From assembly GCA_027625315.1 (NCBI GenBank), contig JAQBWE010000002.1, forward strand, positions 1 through 37,571: a DNA stretch of 37,571 bases, in the 5' to 3' direction. Source of the stretch: Planctomycetota bacterium. Its GTDB lineage: Bacteria; Planctomycetota; PLA2; JAEUHO01. Below, one piece after another: positions 7,761-17,422 of this stretch; the stretch's first letter is position 1; every line of letters begins with the position of its first letter. Under the pieces are notes generated by a model. That model saw only the letters and a program-made list of their open reading frames with translations, was not told where the DNA came from and searched no databases. A program made the translations under genes and the position numbers.

Positions 7761-9074
7761 CTACCTCCCCTTCTTCTTGGCCGCAGCCGAGCCGCCCATG
7801 AACCCGCCCTGGTTGCGCATGAGGAGCGCACTGTTGAGCTTGTCCACGAGGTCGAGCGCGACGCTGACCACGATCAGGATCGAGGTGCCGCCCAGGAAGT
7901 AGGCCACGGTGATCGGGACCTCCTTGGAGATCATGGTCGCCGCCTGCTGCGGAATGATGGCGATCAAGGCGAGGAACGTCGCGCCCGCCAAGGTGATGCG
8001 CGTCATCACGCTCTGAAGGAACTCGGCGGTCTTCTTGCCAGGACGGATGCCAGGGATGAAGGAGCCGCTCTCCTTCATGTTCTTGGCCATCTCGACCGGG
8101 TTGAACATCAGCGAGTTCCAGAAGTAGCTGAAGAAGAAGATCAGGACGATGGTCATGGTGGTGTACCACCAGGCGGTCGGAAGGAACGCGTCCCCCAGCC
8201 ACTTCCAATTCAGCGCGCTGCCCAGGAGCTGCGGGAAGGACAGCAGCGCCGAGGCGAAGATCACGGGCATGACGCCCGCCTGGTTCACCTTGATCGGCAG
8301 GAAGTGCTTCTGCCCGCCGTACACACGACGACCACGGGTCAGCTTGGCGTACTGAACTGGGATTTTTCGAGTGCCCTTGGTGATGAACACCACGACCACG
8401 ACGATTAGCAAGAAGAGCACCAGGAGGGTGAACGGCAGGAAGCCGCCCTGCTGGGTCTGCACCAAGCGCACAATGGCCTCAGGCACACGCGCGATGATGC
8501 CGGCCATAATCAGCAGCGAGATGCCGTTGCCGACGCCGTACTCAGTGATCTGCTCACCAACCCACATCAGGAACACAGTGCCAGCCGTGAGGGTCAGGAT
8601 GGCCCCCAGAGTGAGCATGAAGCCGTCTGGCAGCAGAGGTGGACCGCCACCGTAGGGCTGCTTGTAGATGTTCGCCACCAGGATGATGGCCTGCATCATC
8701 GCGAGCGGCACCGTGGCCAAGCGGGTCCACTGGTTGATCTTCCGCTGGCCCGACGCGCCTTCCTTGGCGACTGCCTCCAGCGCGGGGACCACCTTCGTCA
8801 GCAGGCTGAAGATGATGCTCGCGCTGATGTAAGGCATGATGCCCAGGCTGAACAGCGCGCAGGAGTACAGACCACCGCCTGAGATGACGCTGAAGAGGGC
8901 AGTGAACGCGTTGCCCTCGTCGTCGCCGCCGGCGATGGCGCGGACCACGTCGAGGTCCACGCCCGGAATCGGAATGTTCCAGCCGATCCGGTACAGCAGG
9001 AGGAACCCGAGCGTAATGCCTAGGCGCCGCCGGATCTCCGGAACGCGAAACAGGTTGGTGATGTTGCCGATCAC
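7761..9074 (-). CDS. secY: Protein translocase subunit SecY
   Basis: 437 aa and multi-TM. The N-terminus and LFSLGIMPYISASII are SecY signatures. It occupies the canonical spc-operon position. Confidence 0.95.
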   Translation of the reverse strand: MIGNITNLFRVPEIRRRLGITLGFLLLYRIGWNIPIPGVDLDVVRAIAGGDDEGNAFTALFSVISGGGLYSCALFSLGIMPYISASIIFSLLTKVVPALEAVAKEGASGQRKINQWTRLATVPLAMMQAIILVANIYKQPYGGGPPLLPDGFMLTLGAILTLTAGTVFLMWVGEQITEYGVGNGISLLIMAGIIARVPEAIVRLVQTQQGGFLPFTLLVLFLLIVVVVVFITKGTRKIPVQYAKLTRGRRVYGGQKHFLPIKVNQAGVMPVIFASALLSFPQLLGSALNWKWLGDAFLPTAWWYTTMTIVLIFFFSYFWNSLMFNPVEMAKNMKESGSFIPGIRPGKKTAEFLQSVMTRITLAGATFLALIAIIPQQAATMISKEVPITVAYFLGGTSILIVVSVALDLVDKLNSALLMRNQGGFMGGSAAAKKKGR

Positions 9075-9077
9075 GCG

Positions 9078-9593
9078 CTAGGCCTCGCGGCTCGGGGCGC
9101 CGGCGGCGCCCTTCTTGACGAACTTCGGACGCATCTCCGTGCTGGTCGGGTGCAACTCAATGCTGCCGCCCGCGCCCTCGATCTTGGTGCGGGCTCCGTC
9201 GCTCGTCGCGTTCGCGACGATCGCCAGCTTCTTGGAGAGATCCCCGAACCCGAGAATCTTCAGGTACTTCGCCCGCTTCGGAGCCAAGCCGACCTTCTTG
9301 AGCGTGTCGAGGTCGACCTTCGCGCCGGCCTCGAACACCTTCTCCAAACTGCCCACGTTGACGACGTGCAGGTCTACGGAGAACCGCGCGTTCGTGAACC
9401 CCTTCTTGGGGAGACGGCGATAGAGCGGCATCTGGCCGCCCTCGAAACGCAGACGGAACGAGGTGCCGGAGCGCTGCCCCGCACCCTTGTTACCGCGACC
9501 GGCGGTCTTACCCCAGCCGGAGCCAGAACCACGGCCAACACGGTGCTTCTTGCCGCGCTTGACCTTGATCTTCTTGACGTCGTCGAGGTTCAT
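9078..9593 (-). CDS. rplO: 50S ribosomal protein L15 (uL15)
   Basis: KHRVGRGSGSGWGKTAGRGNKG...FEGGQMPLYRRLPKKGF. The start overlaps the rpsE stop (TAATG). Confidence 0.95.
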   Translation of the reverse strand: MNLDDVKKIKVKRGKKHRVGRGSGSGWGKTAGRGNKGAGQRSGTSFRLRFEGGQMPLYRRLPKKGFTNARFSVDLHVVNVGSLEKVFEAGAKVDLDTLKKVGLAPKRAKYLKILGFGDLSKKLAIVANATSDGARTKIEGAGGSIELHPTSTEMRPKFVKKGAAGAPSREA

Positions 9594-10090
9594 TAGAGCT
9601 CCACTCCGCGACGCGCGGCGATCTCACGCCGGGTCTTCATTCCCGTCAGGCCAACGAGGGTGGCCTTCGCGAGATTCATCGGATTCTTGCTACCCATGGC
9701 CTTGGTGAGGACGTCCTTGACGCCTGCGGCCTCGAGGACCTTGCGCACCGAGGCGCCGGCGATGATGCCCGTGCCGGGCGCCGCGGGCATGATCTTGACC
9801 ACGCTCGAACGGAAACGAGCGACGACCGCGTGCGGTACCGTCGTGCCCTTGAGAGGCACGCGAATGAGTTGCTTCTTGGCGTCCGTGACGCCCTTCTCGA
9901 CGGACGGCGGCACTTCACGCGCCTTGCCGAATCCCAAGCCGACGGCCCCACGGCCGTCGCCGACGACCACGAGAGCGCTGAAGCCGAATCGGCGGCCGCC
10001 CTTCATGACCTTGGCCGTGCGGTTGATCTGCACGACCTCGTCTTTGAGGTCCAAGCCCTCAGGGTCGATGTAGTTGATCTCGTGGCGCAT
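9593..10090 (-). CDS. rpsE: 30S ribosomal protein S5 (uS5)
   Basis: INRTAKVMKGGRRFGFSALVVVGDGRGAVGLGFGKAREVP...PAAPGTGIIAG. Confidence 0.95.
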   Translation of the reverse strand: MRHEINYIDPEGLDLKDEVVQINRTAKVMKGGRRFGFSALVVVGDGRGAVGLGFGKAREVPPSVEKGVTDAKKQLIRVPLKGTTVPHAVVARFRSSVVKIMPAAPGTGIIAGASVRKVLEAAGVKDVLTKAMGSKNPMNLAKATLVGLTGMKTRREIAARRGVEL

Positions 10091-10107
10091 CTACTTGACT
10101 CCCGGAC

Positions 10108-10464
10108 CTAGAACTTCACGCCGGCGGCGCGGACAGCGTCCGCAAGCGCCTTGACGCGACCGTGGTAACGACACATGCCGCGGTCGAAGCCCGCGAGCGC
10201 CAACTTGCGCTCGCCAGCCAGACGACCGAGTTCGGCGCCGACCTGTTTGGCCGCCGCCACGTTGCCACCGTACGGCAACTTGAGCGAGATGGACGAGACG
10301 GCGCAGAGCGTGAGGCCCTGATCGTCGTCGATCATCTGTGCGTAGATGTGCTTGCCCGTGCGGTGCACGGAGAGGCGGGGCCGCTCGGCGGTTCCCCGCA
10401 CCTTCTTGCGTACGCGGAACGCGCGGGTGCGCTTCCGGTGGGTCATTCGCTTGAGGCGATCCAT
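10108..10464 (-). CDS. rplR: 50S ribosomal protein L18 (uL18)
   Basis: RPRLSVHRTGKHIYAQMIDD...FDRGMCRYHGRVKALADAVRAAGVKF. Confidence 0.95.
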   Translation of the reverse strand: MDRLKRMTHRKRTRAFRVRKKVRGTAERPRLSVHRTGKHIYAQMIDDDQGLTLCAVSSISLKLPYGGNVAAAKQVGAELGRLAGERKLALAGFDRGMCRYHGRVKALADAVRAAGVKF

Positions 10465-10466
10465 CG

Positions 10467-11015
10467 TTACTTCTCCGCACCCACGAAGGACTTGCCAGCC
10501 TTCAGGGTGACCTGCTCGCCGACGTAGCGCACACCCTTGCCCTTGTAGGGCTCCGGGGGGCGAACCTTGCGCGCACGCGCCGCGAACTCACCAACCAGTT
10601 GCTTGTCGCAGCCCTGGATCACCACCAGCGTGTTGCTCGGGCACTCGACCTTGAGCGTCTTCGGAATGTTCAAGTAGACGGGGTGGCTGTAGCCAACCTG
10701 CAGACGCAAGCGGCTGCCCTCGACGGTCGCGCCGTACGAGACGCCCACGACTTCAAGTCGACGCTCAAAGCCCTTCTCGACGCCCTCGATCATCCCCTGC
10801 AGGAGCGAGCGATAGAGGCCATGCAGCGCCTTGCTCTTGGCGTCATCGCCCGGGCGTTCCAGCGTAAGGACGCCGGCGTCAACCGAGACGGTCACGCCTC
10901 CGGTCAACTGACGCGACAACTCGCCCTTCGGGCCCTTGACCTTGACGCGGTTGCCCTCGATCGACGTTTCCACGCCGCTCGGGATGGCAATCGGTACTTT
11001 TCCGATACGGGACAT
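10467..11015 (-). CDS. rplF: 50S ribosomal protein L6 (uL6)
   Basis: MSRIGKVPIAIPSGVE...VKGPKGEL...GYSHPV...PEPYKGKGVRYVGE. Confidence 0.95.
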   Translation of the reverse strand: MSRIGKVPIAIPSGVETSIEGNRVKVKGPKGELSRQLTGGVTVSVDAGVLTLERPGDDAKSKALHGLYRSLLQGMIEGVEKGFERRLEVVGVSYGATVEGSRLRLQVGYSHPVYLNIPKTLKVECPSNTLVVIQGCDKQLVGEFAARARKVRPPEPYKGKGVRYVGEQVTLKAGKSFVGAEK

Positions 11016-11045
11016 CTTGGCACCCTCCTCGCTACTACCCGACGG

Positions 11046-11447
11046 CTACCAGATCTCGCACAGGACCTCACCACCGACTCCGGCAGTGCGGGCCTCGCGA
11101 TCCGACATGACGCCACGGGACGTGCTCAGCACCGAAATGCCCAGCCCGTTCAGGACACGGGGAAGCTCCCGCACGCCACGATAGACCCGGCAGCCCGGAC
11201 GCGAGATGCGCCCAATCTTGCTGATCACGGGATCACCGTCGTGGTCGTACTTGAGCATGATGCGAAGAGCGTCGTGTCCGCGGCGGTCGTGAATATCACG
11301 CACGCCGTGGATGAAGCCCTCGCGCTCCAGAACGCCGGCCACGGCTCGGTTCAGGCGGGACGCAATCACGTCCACGGTCTGCCGGTTGACGGCCAAGCCG
11401 TTCCGGATCCGAGTCAGCATGTCGGCACAGGTATCGTTTAACGCCAT
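11046..11447 (-). CDS. rpsH: 30S ribosomal protein S8 (uS8)
   Basis: DTCADMLTRIRNG...ISRPGCRVY...GLGISVLSTSRGVMSDREAR. Confidence 0.95.
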   Translation of the reverse strand: MALNDTCADMLTRIRNGLAVNRQTVDVIASRLNRAVAGVLEREGFIHGVRDIHDRRGHDALRIMLKYDHDGDPVISKIGRISRPGCRVYRGVRELPRVLNGLGISVLSTSRGVMSDREARTAGVGGEVLCEIW

Positions 11448-11457
11448 GATCGACCTC

Positions 11458-11643
11458 CTACCAGGATGCCTTCCGCATGCCCGGAATCTCGCCCTTGAGG
11501 GCTATCTGCCTGAAGCAGATACGGCAGATTCCGAACTTGCGGTACACAGCGCGGGGTCGGCCGCAGAACTGGCAGCGCGTGTAGGCACGCGTGCTGAACT
11601 TCGGCTTCGCTTTCGACTTGATGATGAGGCACTTCTTAGCCAA
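11458..11643 (-). CDS. rpsN: 30S ribosomal protein S14, 61-aa zinc-binding type Z (uS14)
   Basis: [45 protein letters not shown], with CxxC...CxxC. It overlaps the rplE 3' end by 8 nt. Confidence 0.93.
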   Translation of the reverse strand: MAKKCLIIKSKAKPKFSTRAYTRCQFCGRPRAVYRKFGICRICFRQIALKGEIPGMRKASW

Positions 11644-12193
11644 CGGTCACAACCTCCTCGCGGCGGAAGGGGAACCCGTACGCTTCCAAGAGGGCGTAGC
11701 TGTGCTCGTCCGACCGACTGCGAATGGTGAAGGTGATATTCATCCCCTGGGGGTTCTCGAGCAACTCGCCCTCGACCTCCGGGAACACGGACTGCTCTGA
11801 CAGGCCAACGCTGTAGTTGCCCGACCCATCGAACTTCCGCTTGAGACCGCGGAAGTCACGGATACGAGGCGCCACGACGTTGACGAAGCGGTCCAGGAAC
11901 TCGTACATGCGAGCGCCACGCAGGGTGACGCGGGCCCCGACGAGCATGCCCTGGCGCAGTCGGAACTGCGCGATCGACTTGCGGGCGCGCGTCGCAACGG
12001 CCTTCTGGCCCGACACGCGCTCGAGGATGCCGATGGCGTACTCGAGGAGCTTCTTGTTGTCCTTTGCCGCGCCCACACCGCAGGAGAGGGTGATCTTCTG
12101 CAGACGAGGTGCAGCGTGGTCGTTGGAGATCCCGAGCTGCTCCTTGAGCTTGGGTCGGATCTCATTGAAGTACTGGCCACGCAGGCGAGCCAT
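11636..12193 (-). CDS. rplE: 50S ribosomal protein L5 (uL5)
   Basis: [13 protein letters not shown]...[38 protein letters not shown]...[11 protein letters not shown]. Confidence 0.95.
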   Translation of the reverse strand: MARLRGQYFNEIRPKLKEQLGISNDHAAPRLQKITLSCGVGAAKDNKKLLEYAIGILERVSGQKAVATRARKSIAQFRLRQGMLVGARVTLRGARMYEFLDRFVNVVAPRIRDFRGLKRKFDGSGNYSVGLSEQSVFPEVEGELLENPQGMNITFTIRSRSDEHSYALLEAYGFPFRREEVVTVG

Positions 12194-12195
12194 GA

Positions 12196-12555
12196 CTAGT
12201 CCTCCTTCTTGCCGCCGGCGGCGGCCTTCTTGACCGACGCGCCGACTTCGGCACCACTGCGGACGCCGACGCGAATGCGCCGACCATCCTTGTCAGCAGA
12301 CTTCACGCGGGTCGGGCGGTTGGTCTCGGGGTCGATCGGCATCACGTTGCTCACGTGCACCGGCGCCTCGCGACGAATGCGGCCACCCTGGGGATGCTGC
12401 TGGCTCTTGCGGAGGTGCTTGAACACGAGGTTCACGCCCTCCACGACCACGCGGTTCTTGTCGGGCAGCACGCGCAGCACGCGTCCACGCTTGCCCCGCG
12501 AGTCACCGGAAACGACGGCGACGATGTCGCCCTCGCGGATGCGCTCGGCCATCAC
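12196..12555 (-). CDS. rplX: 50S ribosomal protein L24 (uL24)
   Basis: The KOW motif is [21 protein letters not shown], followed by [10 protein letters not shown]. The C-terminal extension is Lys/Ala-rich. Confidence 0.93.
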   Translation of the reverse strand: MMAERIREGDIVAVVSGDSRGKRGRVLRVLPDKNRVVVEGVNLVFKHLRKSQQHPQGGRIRREAPVHVSNVMPIDPETNRPTRVKSADKDGRRIRVGVRSGAEVGASVKKAAAGGKKED

Positions 12556-12920
12556 ACCACCTCCTGTGCGAGGTTCACGATCTTCGTAAAACCCTTGCGC
12601 CGCAGCTCACGCGCGACGGCGCCGAAGACGCGGGTCCCCTTCGGGCTCTTGTCATCGTTGATCAGCACGATCGCGTTCGAGTCAAACCGAACGTAGGTGC
12701 CATCGCTGCGGCGGTGAGGGGCGCGAGTGCGCACCACCACGCCGCGGATGACGGTTCCGGGCTTCACGGGCGAAGACGGGATCGCCTTGCGCACCGCGGC
12801 GACAACGATGTCACCGATCTCGGCGGTCTTCTTGTTACCGCGCCCCAGGACCTTGATCGCATGGCAGCGCTTGGCACCGGAGTTGTCGGCAACATCCAAC
12901 CATGTACGGAGCTGAATCAT
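12552..12920 (-). CDS. rplN: 50S ribosomal protein L14 (uL14)
   Basis: [18 protein letters not shown]...[12 protein letters not shown]...[15 protein letters not shown]. Confidence 0.96.
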   Translation of the reverse strand: MIQLRTWLDVADNSGAKRCHAIKVLGRGNKKTAEIGDIVVAAVRKAIPSSPVKPGTVIRGVVVRTRAPHRRSDGTYVRFDSNAIVLINDDKSPKGTRVFGAVARELRRKGFTKIVNLAQEVV

Positions 12921-12928
12921 GGCGGCTC

Positions 12929-13204
12929 CTAGCCTTCACCAGCCAGGCTGCCAGCGCGCACGACGCGCACCAACCGCCAGCTCTTGGTCTTGCTCAGGGG
13001 ACGGCACGGCGTGATCTCGACAACGTCGCCCGTGTGGGCGGTGCCGGCCTCATCGTGTGCCTTGTAGGTGGTCGCACGGCGGACGTACTTCCCGTACAGC
13101 GGATGCTTGACGAGACGATCCTCACGGACCGTGATCGTCTTCTCCATCTTGTCGGAGACGACTCGACCGGTAACAACTCGGCGCTGACCTCGTTCGGACG
13201 ACAT
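12929..13204 (-). CDS. rpsQ: 30S ribosomal protein S17 (uS17)
   Basis: [16 protein letters not shown]...[10 protein letters not shown]...YKAHDE...[14 protein letters not shown]. Confidence 0.95.
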   Translation of the reverse strand: MSSERGQRRVVTGRVVSDKMEKTITVREDRLVKHPLYGKYVRRATTYKAHDEAGTAHTGDVVEITPCRPLSKTKSWRLVRVVRAGSLAGEG

Positions 13205-13206
13205 GA

Positions 13207-13437
13207 CTACTTACCCCTCCCGGCCTCTGCCTCGAGGTCCTTGTTGATGCCGAGCGAGCGCTCGCGCAGGACGGTGTGGATACGGGCGATGTCGCGGCGG
13301 TGCTTCCGCACCAAGCCTCGATCCACCTTCTCCTCGCTCTGACCACGGAACCGCTGATGGAACATCTCCTCGCGCAGACGCACGAGTTCCTGGCTGAGAT
13401 CGCTCACCTCGCGGCGACGGATATCGCGGGGCCTCAT
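13207..13437 (-). CDS. rpmC: 50S ribosomal protein L29 (uL29)
   Basis: I re-set the start to ATG 13437, which overlaps the rplP stop as ATGA. The sequence [30 protein letters not shown] fits uL29. Confidence 0.9.
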   Translation of the reverse strand: MRPRDIRRREVSDLSQELVRLREEMFHQRFRGQSEEKVDRGLVRKHRRDIARIHTVLRERSLGINKDLEAEAGRGK

Positions 13438-13850
13438 CGGACCGCCTCCTTGCGCACGAACCGGCAACGGATCGGCATCTTGTGAGCGACCTTGTTCAAG
13501 GCCTTCTTCGCAGTTTCCTCATCGACGCCCCCACCGATCTCGAACAGGATCGTGCCGGGCTTGACGACGGCCGCCCAGTAGTCGGGCTCGCCCTTACCGG
13601 TACCCATTCGGGTCTCTTCCGGCGTCGAGCTCACGGACTTGTGCGGGAAAATGCGGATGTAGACGCGGCCATCGGGAGCGCCTCGAACGGCGGCCACGCG
13701 GCCAGCCTCGATGACGTTGGACGGAATCCAACCCAGATCCATGGCCTGCAGGCCGTACTCGCCGAACGCGACACGATTGCCGCGGCTCGCGTTGCCCTTG
13801 ATCTTGCCACGCTGCTGCTTGCGCCACTTAACTCGCTTGGGCATCAACAT
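13434..13850 (-). CDS. rplP: 50S ribosomal protein L16 (uL16)
   Basis: MLMPKRVKWRKQQRG...FGEYGLQA...RIFPHKSVS..P.ETRMGTGKGEPDYW. Confidence 0.96.
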   Translation of the reverse strand: MLMPKRVKWRKQQRGKIKGNASRGNRVAFGEYGLQAMDLGWIPSNVIEAGRVAAVRGAPDGRVYIRIFPHKSVSSTPEETRMGTGKGEPDYWAAVVKPGTILFEIGGGVDEETAKKALNKVAHKMPIRCRFVRKEAVR

Positions 13851-13851
13851 G

Positions 13852-14511
13852 TTAGAGCACCTCCGCCTGCGCCTTGGGCTCAGCCTTGGCGATGGTGCCG
13901 ATGTAGACCCAGCACTTGACGCCGATGACGCCGTACGTGGTCCGCGCTTCGGCCATGCCGTAGCTGATGTTGGCCTTGAGCGTGCTAAGGGGAATCGACC
14001 CCTGCGTCTGCTTCTCAGTTCGGGCGATCTCGACGCCGCCGAGGCGACCCGCGATGATGATCTTCACGCCCTTGGCGCCACGCTCCATCGTCTGCTGGAT
14101 GGAGCGCTTGAGCGTCCGGCGATAAGCGGCGCGCTTCATGAGCTGCTCAGCCACGCTCTGGGCGACCAGGGTCGCGTCCAACTCAGGGCGCGGGATCTCG
14201 ACGATGTCGAGGCCGACCCGGTGACCGGTGACGCCCTCGATGCGCTTCTTCAATTCCTCGGCCTTGACACCCTTGCGGCCGATCAGGACTCCCGGCTTCG
14301 CGGTGTGGACGATCACGCGCAGAGCGTCGGCCTTGCGCTCGATCTCAATCAGGGGAATGCCGGCGCCGTAGAACTCCTTGTTGATGAAGTTCCTGATGGC
14401 CCGGTCCTCCATGAGGAGACGAGCGAAGTCCTTCTTCGGGGCGTACCACCGGGACTTCCAGTCCAGGTACACGCCGGTGCGGTAGCCGATGGGATGCGTC
14501 TTCTGACCCAC
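13852..14511 (-). CDS. rpsC: 30S ribosomal protein S3 (uS3)
   Basis: I re-set the start to GTG 14511 (VGQKTHPIGYRTG is the canonical uS3 N-terminus). GAAGGAG lies 8 nt upstream, and the start is 4 nt after the rplV stop. The ORF-track start at 14661 lies inside rplV. Confidence 0.93.
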   Translation of the reverse strand: MGQKTHPIGYRTGVYLDWKSRWYAPKKDFARLLMEDRAIRNFINKEFYGAGIPLIEIERKADALRVIVHTAKPGVLIGRKGVKAEELKKRIEGVTGHRVGLDIVEIPRPELDATLVAQSVAEQLMKRAAYRRTLKRSIQQTMERGAKGVKIIIAGRLGGVEIARTEKQTQGSIPLSTLKANISYGMAEARTTYGVIGVKCWVYIGTIAKAEPKAQAEVL

Positions 14512-14515
14512 GAGT

Positions 14516-14914
14516 CTACTCCTTCGCCCCCGCGGTGGCCGTGAGCGGCTCCGCGAGCGTGATGCTGATGTGGCTCGTGCGCTTGAGGATCGGGAAGGCC
14601 CGGCCCATAGCGCGCGGCATGTAGCGCCGGCGACCGTTGAGCAGACCCGCTCCATCGACACGCGCGTCCACGACGACGAGCGACTTGAGATCGACGTCCA
14701 GGTCGTTGGATGCGTTGGCGAGCGCTGAGCGCAGAACCTTGCGGATCATGGTGGAGGCCCGACGGGGCTCCCACTCGACGATGTCGAGCGCCGCGTCGAC
14801 GCCCTTGCCACGGATGAGATCCATCACCGGCCGGGCCTTGTACGGGCTGATCCGAGCCTGGCGATGAATCGCGTGGAACGTCTTGCCGAAGGCGATTTTC
14901 TTCTTCTTGGCCAT
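14516..14914 (-). CDS. rplV: 50S ribosomal protein L22 (uL22)
   Basis: I re-set the start to ATG 14914, 2 nt after the rpsS stop. The sequence reads ARISPYKARPVMDLIRGKGV...GRAFPILKRTSHI. Confidence 0.93.
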   Translation of the reverse strand: MAKKKKIAFGKTFHAIHRQARISPYKARPVMDLIRGKGVDAALDIVEWEPRRASTMIRKVLRSALANASNDLDVDLKSLVVVDARVDGAGLLNGRRRYMPRAMGRAFPILKRTSHISITLAEPLTATAGAKE

Positions 14915-14916
14915 GA

Positions 14917-15183
14917 CTAGCTCTTGCTTCCCGAGTGGCCGCGGAACAGCCGCGTGGGAGCGAACTCGCCCAGCTTGTGGCCGACCATGTCCTCCGTGAC
15001 ATACACACGGATGAAGGTCTTGCCGTTGTGGACCATGAAGGTATGGCCCACGAACTCCGGCGCAATGTCGCAACGACGCGACCAGGTCTTGAGCGGGTCC
15101 TTGCGGCCCTCGGCCGTCATCTTCTCGACGCGCCCGTAAAGGCGTTCGTCGACAAAGGGACCCTTCTTGAGACTGCGGCTCAT
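14917..15183 (-). CDS. rpsS: 30S ribosomal protein S19 (uS19)
   Basis: [13 protein letters not shown]...[43 protein letters not shown]. Confidence 0.96.
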   Translation of the reverse strand: MSRSLKKGPFVDERLYGRVEKMTAEGRKDPLKTWSRRCDIAPEFVGHTFMVHNGKTFIRVYVTEDMVGHKLGEFAPTRLFRGHSGSKS

Positions 15184-15213
15184 CGAATCGCTCCTAACTG
15201 CCTACCGGCCGGA

Positions 15214-16062
15214 CTACTTGCCGACCTGCTTGCCGCGCTTGCGGCCGCGGACGATGAATCGGGACGAGGTCTTTCGCTTCTGGCGGGTGTTGCCGCCCTT
15301 TGACGGCTTGCCCCACTTGGAGCGCGGGTGACGACCGCCGGAGCGGCGTCCCTCACCGCCGCCCATGGGGTGGGCGACGGGGTTCATGGCGGAGCCACGG
15401 ACCGTCGGACGACGACCCTTGTGGCGGTTGCGGCCGGCCTTGCCGATCTTGACCAGGCTCTGGTCGAGGTTGCCGACCTGGCCGATCGTGGCGCGGCACT
15501 CGATGTTGACGCGCCGCATCTCACCCGAGGGCAAGGTCAGCAGGGCGAGATCGCCCTCCTTGGCGCTGAGGATCGCGTAGCCGCCAGCACTGCGGGCCAT
15601 CTGCGCGCCGCGACCGGGGATGAGCTCCACGGCGTGCACCCAGAGACCGACGGGAATGTTGCGCAAACGGAGATTGTTGCCCGGCTTGGGCTCAGCGGTC
15701 GGCCCGCTCATAACCGTCTGCCCTACTTGCACAGCGTTCGCCGCGATGACGTAGCGCTTCTCGCCGTCGGCGTACACCAGCAGGTGCAGGCGGGCGTTGC
15801 GGTTGGGATCGTACTCGAGGGCCGCAACGCGGGCGGGGACGCCGTCCTTGTCCGAACGTCGGAAGTCGACTTTGCGATACAGGCGCTTCGCGCCGCCACC
15901 GCGGTGACGGGTGGTGACGCGGCCGTTGTTGTTGCGGCCGCCGGTCTTGCGCAGTCCCTTGACGAGACGCTTCTCGGGCCGCTTCTTCGTGAGGTCGCTC
16001 GTATCGAGATACGAGAGGCCTCGCTGACCGTTGGTGATGGGCTTTACGCGACGAATGGGCAT
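15214..16062 (-). CDS. rplB: 50S ribosomal protein L2 (uL2)
   Basis: [24 protein letters not shown]...YDPNR.A...[11 protein letters not shown]...[19 protein letters not shown]. Confidence 0.96.
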   Translation of the reverse strand: MPIRRVKPITNGQRGLSYLDTSDLTKKRPEKRLVKGLRKTGGRNNNGRVTTRHRGGGAKRLYRKVDFRRSDKDGVPARVAALEYDPNRNARLHLLVYADGEKRYVIAANAVQVGQTVMSGPTAEPKPGNNLRLRNIPVGLWVHAVELIPGRGAQMARSAGGYAILSAKEGDLALLTLPSGEMRRVNIECRATIGQVGNLDQSLVKIGKAGRNRHKGRRPTVRGSAMNPVAHPMGGGEGRRSGGRHPRSKWGKPSKGGNTRQKRKTSSRFIVRGRKRGKQVGK

Positions 16063-16094
16063 AACTGAACCTTCCGTTGGCTACACGCTCGAGA

Positions 16095-16382
16095 TCAATA
16101 GAACTCGATCGCGTCGCCCTCCTTGACCGTCACGACGGCCTTCTTCCAGTTCTGCGTCGAGCCGAAGCTGCGGCCCATCCGGCGGAACTTTCCGACCTGG
16201 TTGAGCGTGCGCACGGCGGTGACCTTGACCCGGAAGAGGCTCTCGATGGCCTCACGGACCTGCACCTTGTTCGCTACGCGCAGCACCTGGAATGTGTAGG
16301 ACCGCTCGCGCTCCGCAAGACGCAACGTCTTCTCGGTGATGAGCGGGCGAATCACGATCTCTTGGGGCGTCTTGGCGCGCAT
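16095..16382 (-). CDS. rplW: 50S ribosomal protein L23 (uL23)
   Basis: 95 aa. IRPLITEKT....YTFQV...ANKVQVREAIESLFRVKV..VRT...GK.RR.G...G...WKKAVVT. It lies in the canonical position between rplD and rplB. Confidence 0.93.
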   Translation of the reverse strand: MRAKTPQEIVIRPLITEKTLRLAERERSYTFQVLRVANKVQVREAIESLFRVKVTAVRTLNQVGKFRRMGRSFGSTQNWKKAVVTVKEGDAIEFY

Positions 16383-17041
16383 TACTCATTCCCTTCCGAC
16401 GCCGAGGCGTCCGGGTACGCGACGCGTCCGACCAGCGCCTCCAGCGCGCCGTCAAGCAGCACGAGGTTGCGATGGAACACGACGTCGTAGGCCGACACCT
16501 CGGTGGCAGGCAACGCACGCACGCGGCGCAGGTTACGAACCGAGAGGAGCAGGTTGCGGTCAACCACGCCCGGTGCCACGACCAGGGCACTGCCCTCGAC
16601 GCCGAGGGCGGTCAGCGCGGCCATGGCGCTCTTCGTGTTCGGCGACGAGAACTCAGCGCCAGCCCAGGTAGACACCTGGCCGTCGCGGAGCTTGCCGGCG
16701 AGAGCGATCTGAAGCGCGCGCTTGAGGGCGCGACGGGGCATCTGCCAGCCGTGGTCGCGCGGGTGCGGGCCGTGAGCCACGCCACCGCCGCGGAACAGCG
16801 GCGCCTTGCGGTCACCGTGACGGGCGCCACCGGTGTGCTTCTGCTTGACGCTCTTCTTGTGCGTGCCGTTGACGAAGCGACGGGTCAGGGTGTTGACGGT
16901 CCCCTGGCGCTTGTTCGCCTCGTACATGATCACGGCGTCGCGCAGGACGACCGGGTTCATACGCTCGCCGAAGTTAAACGTGGCGTCGTCGACCTGGGAC
17001 TCGCCTACGGTCCCGTTCTGCAGCGTCTTGATCGTTGCCAT
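16382..17041 (-). CDS. rplD: 50S ribosomal protein L4 (uL4)
   Basis: SVKQKHTGGARHGDRKAPLFRGGGVAHGPHPRDH is the uL4 core. GGAGGAG lies 7 nt upstream of ATG 17041. Confidence 0.93.
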   Translation of the reverse strand: MATIKTLQNGTVGESQVDDATFNFGERMNPVVLRDAVIMYEANKRQGTVNTLTRRFVNGTHKKSVKQKHTGGARHGDRKAPLFRGGGVAHGPHPRDHGWQMPRRALKRALQIALAGKLRDGQVSTWAGAEFSSPNTKSAMAALTALGVEGSALVVAPGVVDRNLLLSVRNLRRVRALPATEVSAYDVVFHRNLVLLDGALEALVGRVAYPDASASEGNE

Positions 17042-17058
17042 GATGTTCTCTCCTCCCC

Positions 17059-17124
17059 GCGTTCCGTCAGACCTTGATGCGCGTTCCGTCAGACCTTGAT
17101 GCGCGCTCCGTTAGACCTTGATGC
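17059..17124. repeat. Tandem triplication of a 22-bp unit containing the last rpsJ codons plus the stop codon
   Basis: Copies at 17059-17080 and 17081-17102 are identical (gcgttccgtcagaccttgatgc). The copy at 17103-17124 differs at 2 positions (gcgctccgttagaccttgatgc) and supplies the real rpsJ end, IKV-TAA. On the coding strand the two distal copies read ...ATCAAGGTCTGA. Confidence 0.95.
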
Positions 17125-17422
17125 GAATGTCGACGCCCGCGGGCAGGTTTAGCTTGGAGATGGAATCAACTGTTTTGGGGCTGTAGTCCGAGATGAACAT
17201 GATCCGCTTGTGGGTGCGGATCTCGAACTGCTCACGCGACTTCTTGTCGATGTGAGGCGAGCGCAGAACCGTGTAGCGCTCGATGCGCGTGGGCAAGGGC
17301 ACCGGGCCCCGCACGCGTGCACCCGTGCGCTTGGCCGTATCGACCAGCTCCGCGGCACTCTTATCGAGGGCCTCGTGGTCGTACGACTCCATCCGGATCT
17401 TGATGTTGCTCATGCTGCTCAT
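17111..17422 (-). CDS. rpsJ: 30S ribosomal protein S10 (uS10)
   Basis: I re-set the start to ATG 17422. [67 protein letters not shown] is canonical uS10. Confidence 0.93.
   Translation of the reverse strand: MSSMSNIKIRMESYDHEALDKSAAELVDTAKRTGARVRGPVPLPTRIERYTVLRSPHIDKKSREQFEIRTHKRIMFISDYSPKTVDSISKLNLPAGVDIRIKV

Noticed and set aside
17059-17124. Whether the tandem repeats here, or at 19923-20068, 29367-29417 and 35241-35288, could be a CRISPR array.
   Set aside because: Each has only 2-3 copies. They are contiguous, or share conserved 'spacer' sequence between copies. No unique spacers of 25-40 nt and no cas genes are present.
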